A stretch of DNA of 62,014 nt, filler included. It is 5 parts of 5 records of this genome, joined end to end, with 100 filler letters (N's around TTAATTAATTAA, not from the genome) between each part and the next. Parts side by side here need not be neighbours in the genome. Positions count along the whole stretch, not along the records: positions 51,692 to 62,014 come from SRR20825006_2759; 4 more parts are not named here. One strand, 5' to 3'. This document shows, piece after piece, positions 58,650-62,014 of the stretch (positions are counted from its first letter, which is position 1; each line of letters opens with the position of its first letter). The position numbers and the translations under genes are program-made. The notes under the pieces are model-generated. The model was given only the letters and a program-made list of their open reading frames with translations. It searched no databases and was not told the origin of the DNA.

Positions 58650-59657
58650 TCAGCCGCGTAATTGTGCGGCTGAAATTTCATTGTTGCAGGCCTTTCCCTG
58701 CTCCACATCGCTGAGGTTTTGAAGTGTGGTAGCGGCAATGCTCGCCAGCGCCTCGGCACTGAAAAAGCCCTGATGGCCGGTAATCAGCACATTGGGGAAA
58801 GTCAGTAAACGCGAGAACACATCGTCGGTAATAATCTTGCCCGACAGGTCCTCAAAAAACATATCGCCCTCTTCCTCGTACACATCCAGCCCGAGATAAC
58901 CAATTCTCATCGTCTTTAGCGCGGCAATCACCGCAACGGTATCCACCAGTGCGCCGCGGCTGGTGTTAATCAGCATCACGCTCGGCTTCATTTTGGCGAG
59001 GGCACAGTCATCGATCAGGTGATGGGTGTCCGGGGTCAGCGGGCAATGCAGGCTGATAATATCCGCGCGCGTTAGCAGCTCGTTCAGCTCGGCGTATTCC
59101 ACGCCAAGGCGAATACAGCGCTCATTGGGAAAGGGGTCGGCGGCAATCACCGTGCAACCAAAGCCGCGCATAATGCGGCAAAACGCCTCGCCGATATTGC
59201 CCGTACCAATCACCCCCACCGTCTTACCGTGCAGGTTAAAACCCAGCAACCCTTCCAATGAAAAATTGCCCTCGCGAACGCGGTTGTATGAACGATAAAT
59301 TTTTCGGTTCAGCGCCAGAATTAAGGCCACCGCGTGCTCTGCCACACCTTCCGGCGAATACCTGGGCACGCGCACTACGGTAATGTCGTGGGCCGCTGCG
59401 GCGTCGAGATCGACATTGTTAAAGCCCGCACACCGCAGCGCCACCGTATGAATGCCCAGCGCAGCCAACTCCGCCAAACAGTCATCGCCCAACTCATCGT
59501 TTACAAAGGCGCAAACTGCATCGAAGCCCTTGGCCAGACCCGCCGTCGCCGCACCCAGGTGGGCATCAAAAAATGCCAGCGCATGGCCGTGGGGGTGGTT
59601 CGCCTTAGCGAGAAACTCGCGGTCGTAGTCTTTCGCGCCAAATATCGCCACCTTCAT
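58650..59657 (-). CDS. ldhA: D-2-hydroxyacid (D-lactate) dehydrogenase
   Basis: VCAFVND, LRCAGFNNVD, VAEHA, GTGNIG, LHCPL, INTSRG, LDVYEEE, TGHQGF. Confidence 0.9.
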   Translation of the reverse strand: MKVAIFGAKDYDREFLAKANHPHGHALAFFDAHLGAATAGLAKGFDAVCAFVNDELGDDCLAELAALGIHTVALRCAGFNNVDLDAAAAHDITVVRVPRYSPEGVAEHAVALILALNRKIYRSYNRVREGNFSLEGLLGFNLHGKTVGVIGTGNIGEAFCRIMRGFGCTVIAADPFPNERCIRLGVEYAELNELLTRADIISLHCPLTPDTHHLIDDCALAKMKPSVMLINTSRGALVDTVAVIAALKTMRIGYLGLDVYEEEGDMFFEDLSGKIITDDVFSRLLTFPNVLITGHQGFFSAEALASIAATTLQNLSDVEQGKACNNEISAAQLRG

Positions 59658-59811
59658 GCTGCCCTCTCCTTCACCCTCGCACTTTGAGTCTAGCAAGCCC
59701 TCGGCAAGCAACGAAATACCACGCCTCAGACGCAGCCTTCTGCTAGGCTGGCAGAAGACTGCGCCGTTTCTATTGCGTCACGCATTCACTGAGTAGGTAG
59801 AGGAGCGACAA

Positions 59812-60057
59812 ATGAAAAAGATCGACAACGAAAAGGAATGGGTGCGCAAGGCCATTAATATTGGCAGCGCCTACGCAGAGAAACGCGGCGCCGCCCAGTT
59901 TGAGCCCGGCGATTCCACTAACGAACGACTCGAATTTATCTATCGCCTGCTGGTGCGCGACAAACTCATTCAGCCCATGCCTGAGCTACAGGTTTCCCAG
60001 CAAAGCATTCGCCATCGCCTGGCGCTGTGGGCCAAGTCACTGGATAAAAGTAGTTGA
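59812..60057 (+). CDS. DUF5062 family protein
   Basis: MKKIDNEKE...A...G..YA.KRG...IYRLLV.DKLIQP...HRLALW pattern; GAGGAG RBS. Confidence 0.7.
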   Translation: MKKIDNEKEWVRKAINIGSAYAEKRGAAQFEPGDSTNERLEFIYRLLVRDKLIQPMPELQVSQQSIRHRLALWAKSLDKSS

Positions 60058-60151
60058 GTATTTAAAGCATGTACCTGGAGCTTATGGCCCTCTGGCGAAA
60101 ACAGACGTCAATCCTTGACTGCACATTTCCCCATGGTGAGGCTAGCTGAAT

Positions 60152-60850
60152 TTAGTTCACTTGTGCTGGCTGACGGTACACTGACCACCCACCATCGTTG
60201 AAAAGATAGAGCGCAGAGGACACTCTCATTTGTCCACTCGACTCAAAAAGAGTATGGATTCCTCTTTCCATAAGTTTAACTGCATCTGCGTCTGAAACCG
60301 GCGCGTAAATCAGTCCACCACGACTTACAACCCCAGCCACTATCCCTTCGGGATAAGACGCCAGCAAGGAATTCCAAAACTTGTTATCCAGAAAATAGCT
60401 GCTATTCAGACTTGCCTCGCCCCCATCCACAAGCATGATGCCCTTCTGCCAAGGCCTTGCTTCAGGGGCACCATAACGCCTTTTAATATTTGAGACGGCT
60501 ATTTCAACGGCCTTCTCAGGGCTCACACCGAGAGCAGAAAACTCCTCTTCAGTGATATTTCGCATTACATGTTCACCATCGATAACGAACCGCACATGCA
60601 TATCACCTATTAGGTCATACCACGCCATATCCAGTGACATTATCTGGTTCATGCCTGTCTTTGCAGTAGCAAATCCAATTTCGGTCATACCATATTCTTT
60701 CTTATTTAGTCCCCCATGCTCGCGGAGAACCAGCATGAAGTTCTCATCCAACGACCGGTAGAAATCTGCATTCACTTCGTCGGCACTAATTTCCTGCGGC
60801 GCACAGCCAAGCTGCAGCATTACGGCGAATATGAATAAAACTCTACGCAT
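60152..60850 (-). CDS. Hypothetical exported or lipoprotein (DUF1444-like)
   Basis: Signal peptide ending LGC; ...AVSNI...SSYFL..FW...GIVAGV.SR...SSALY; more AT-rich than its neighbours. Confidence 0.6.
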   Translation of the reverse strand: MRRVLFIFAVMLQLGCAPQEISADEVNADFYRSLDENFMLVLREHGGLNKKEYGMTEIGFATAKTGMNQIMSLDMAWYDLIGDMHVRFVIDGEHVMRNITEEEFSALGVSPEKAVEIAVSNIKRRYGAPEARPWQKGIMLVDGGEASLNSSYFLDNKFWNSLLASYPEGIVAGVVSRGGLIYAPVSDADAVKLMERGIHTLFESSGQMRVSSALYLFNDGGWSVYRQPAQVN

Positions 60851-61097
60851 AGGTGGCCTTTTCCAGTCCTTTCAGTTTGGCAGGGGCTAATCATACAGGC
60901 AGAACTAACAGAAGTATCAGCGTGGAATTAAATCTAGTGATCAGAAATAGCTGAATGCATGCTACTCGATCCACGCTCTATTTAGACAAGATAGCCGTCA
61001 TTCGCCAAGGCCATATCGTGACCGTCCAGTGCATGAAAGACATTGTTCTCCATCCCCCCCAAAGCCACCTATAGCTTTAGAAGCGATAGCCGGGCAT

Positions 61098-61700
61098 TTA
61101 AATGATATTGAAAAGCACCAAGGCGTAGGTGTAGAAACGCAGAAAGCGGGTTAAGCCGATCAATAGGAACATTCGGAAAGGATACTCGATCATCCCGGCA
61201 ATCGTGCTCGCCATCGCAAACGGAATTGGCAATAGCGCAGCGATGACGATAAAAACACCGCCCCATTTTTTCATAAACTCGACATGCTCGGCGTGGCGTT
61301 CAAAAAGATAACGATGCACCGAGGGAATGTGTTCAATACGGCTGCCTATGCCGTACGCCGTAATACCACCCAGGTATGAGATAGCCGCGAGTACCGTCAC
61401 CATCAGGTAAGGTGCTTCCGGGAATCGCGACTTCGCCCACAGCATAAACAGGTCGGGCGGCAACATACCGAGAATGGATTCAGAAACATAAAACAGCGGG
61501 AAGACATAGGCCGGCGGCAAGCGCTGCTCAATAAAAATCCGCAAGCCTTCCTGATATACCGCGAGATACGGCCTTACTAGCCAAAGCAGCGCGACGAGTG
61601 CCGCCATCACCGTCAAGGCTTTCAGCGTATTCACGGTAATGAGGGTGTAAAGTTCACTGCGCTGATCGAGTGAAAACGGCTTTTGTGGGCTCCTCATCAT
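61098..61700 (-). CDS. DedA/YqaA (VTT/SNARE-associated) membrane protein
   Basis: ESILGMLPPDLF, SYLGG..AYGIG, KWGG, AALLPIPF, TRFLRF. Confidence 0.8.
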   Translation of the reverse strand: MMRSPQKPFSLDQRSELYTLITVNTLKALTVMAALVALLWLVRPYLAVYQEGLRIFIEQRLPPAYVFPLFYVSESILGMLPPDLFMLWAKSRFPEAPYLMVTVLAAISYLGGITAYGIGSRIEHIPSVHRYLFERHAEHVEFMKKWGGVFIVIAALLPIPFAMASTIAGMIEYPFRMFLLIGLTRFLRFYTYALVLFNII

Positions 61701-62014
61701 TCCGCCTCTTCCGTCCGATCAACATGATAACTGTGCTGCGAATTTCGATTTTTATAATTATCGCCACTTGCCGCCAAGGCCTGATTTTCAGATTCGAGAA
61801 TTTGGCGAAGACTATGCAAGGCGTTGTACGGCCCATTGACCGAAAGCGCGTTTATAAGCCAGCCTGGGATCGGCCCACCCGGTTCGGCGTGGATCACCGT
61901 GCTTAGGCGAACACTAGAGGAACCGGTGCGTACCAGGGTCCATGTTCCCTCCGCTTTTTCCACACGTACGCGGTCATCGACAATTGACGGTATGGTGTTG
62001 TCTGCGTGGGAAAG
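61697..62014 (-). CDS. START-domain protein, C-terminal part (5'-truncated by window edge)
   Basis: RVRVEKAEGTWTL...HAEPGGPIPGWLIN; overlaps the DedA start. Confidence 0.75.
   Translation of the reverse strand, partial: LSHADNTIPSIVDDRVRVEKAEGTWTLVRTGSSSVRLSTVIHAEPGGPIPGWLINALSVNGPYNALHSLRQILESENQALAASGDNYKNRNSQHSYHVDRTEEAE

Overview
This window is not one locus. It is five unrelated bacterial contigs joined by four identical 100-bp artificial linkers (N44-TTAATTAATTAA-N44 at 9099-9198, 28144-28243, 40877-40976 and 51592-51691). Taxonomic labels below are inferred from gene content and sequence style. (1) 1-9098, alphaproteobacterial: guanine deaminase, an orphan HTH protein, and an orphan catabolic cluster (ThDP enzyme, FAH-family hydrolase, FadR regulator, NitT/TauT ABC transporter, start of an FAD oxidoreductase) carrying two different GntR-type operators. 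(2) 9199-28143, planctomycete (Rhodopirellula-like): MoxR/DUF58, a DUF1592-cytochrome/DUF1552 pair, a cNMP-TrxB-like protein, an ABM monooxygenase, PolX-PHP, a sensorless histidine kinase, MOSC, a sugar-acid dehydratase, a vWA protein and two sulfatases. (3) 28244-40876, Devosia/Rhizobiales-like: chvE, FadR, a DUF4038 apiosidase-like hydrolase, DeoR, a complete D-apiose transketolase pathway (aptA-aptB-aplK-apsI), an ABC transporter and a variant aroQ. (4) 40977-51591, Rhodospirillales-like: transporters, an HD hydrolase, three consecutive large hypothetical proteins (44173-48002, the best candidate for an undescribed system), ilvE and tctA. (5) 51692-62014, gammaproteobacterial: cydAB (CIO-like) next to a pdo/DUF442-sqr/sulP sulfide-oxidation operon with a readable sigma54 enhancer architecture, then ldhA, DUF5062 and a possible integron-cassette-like gene. 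No rRNA, tRNA, CRISPR array, transposase or integrase was seen.
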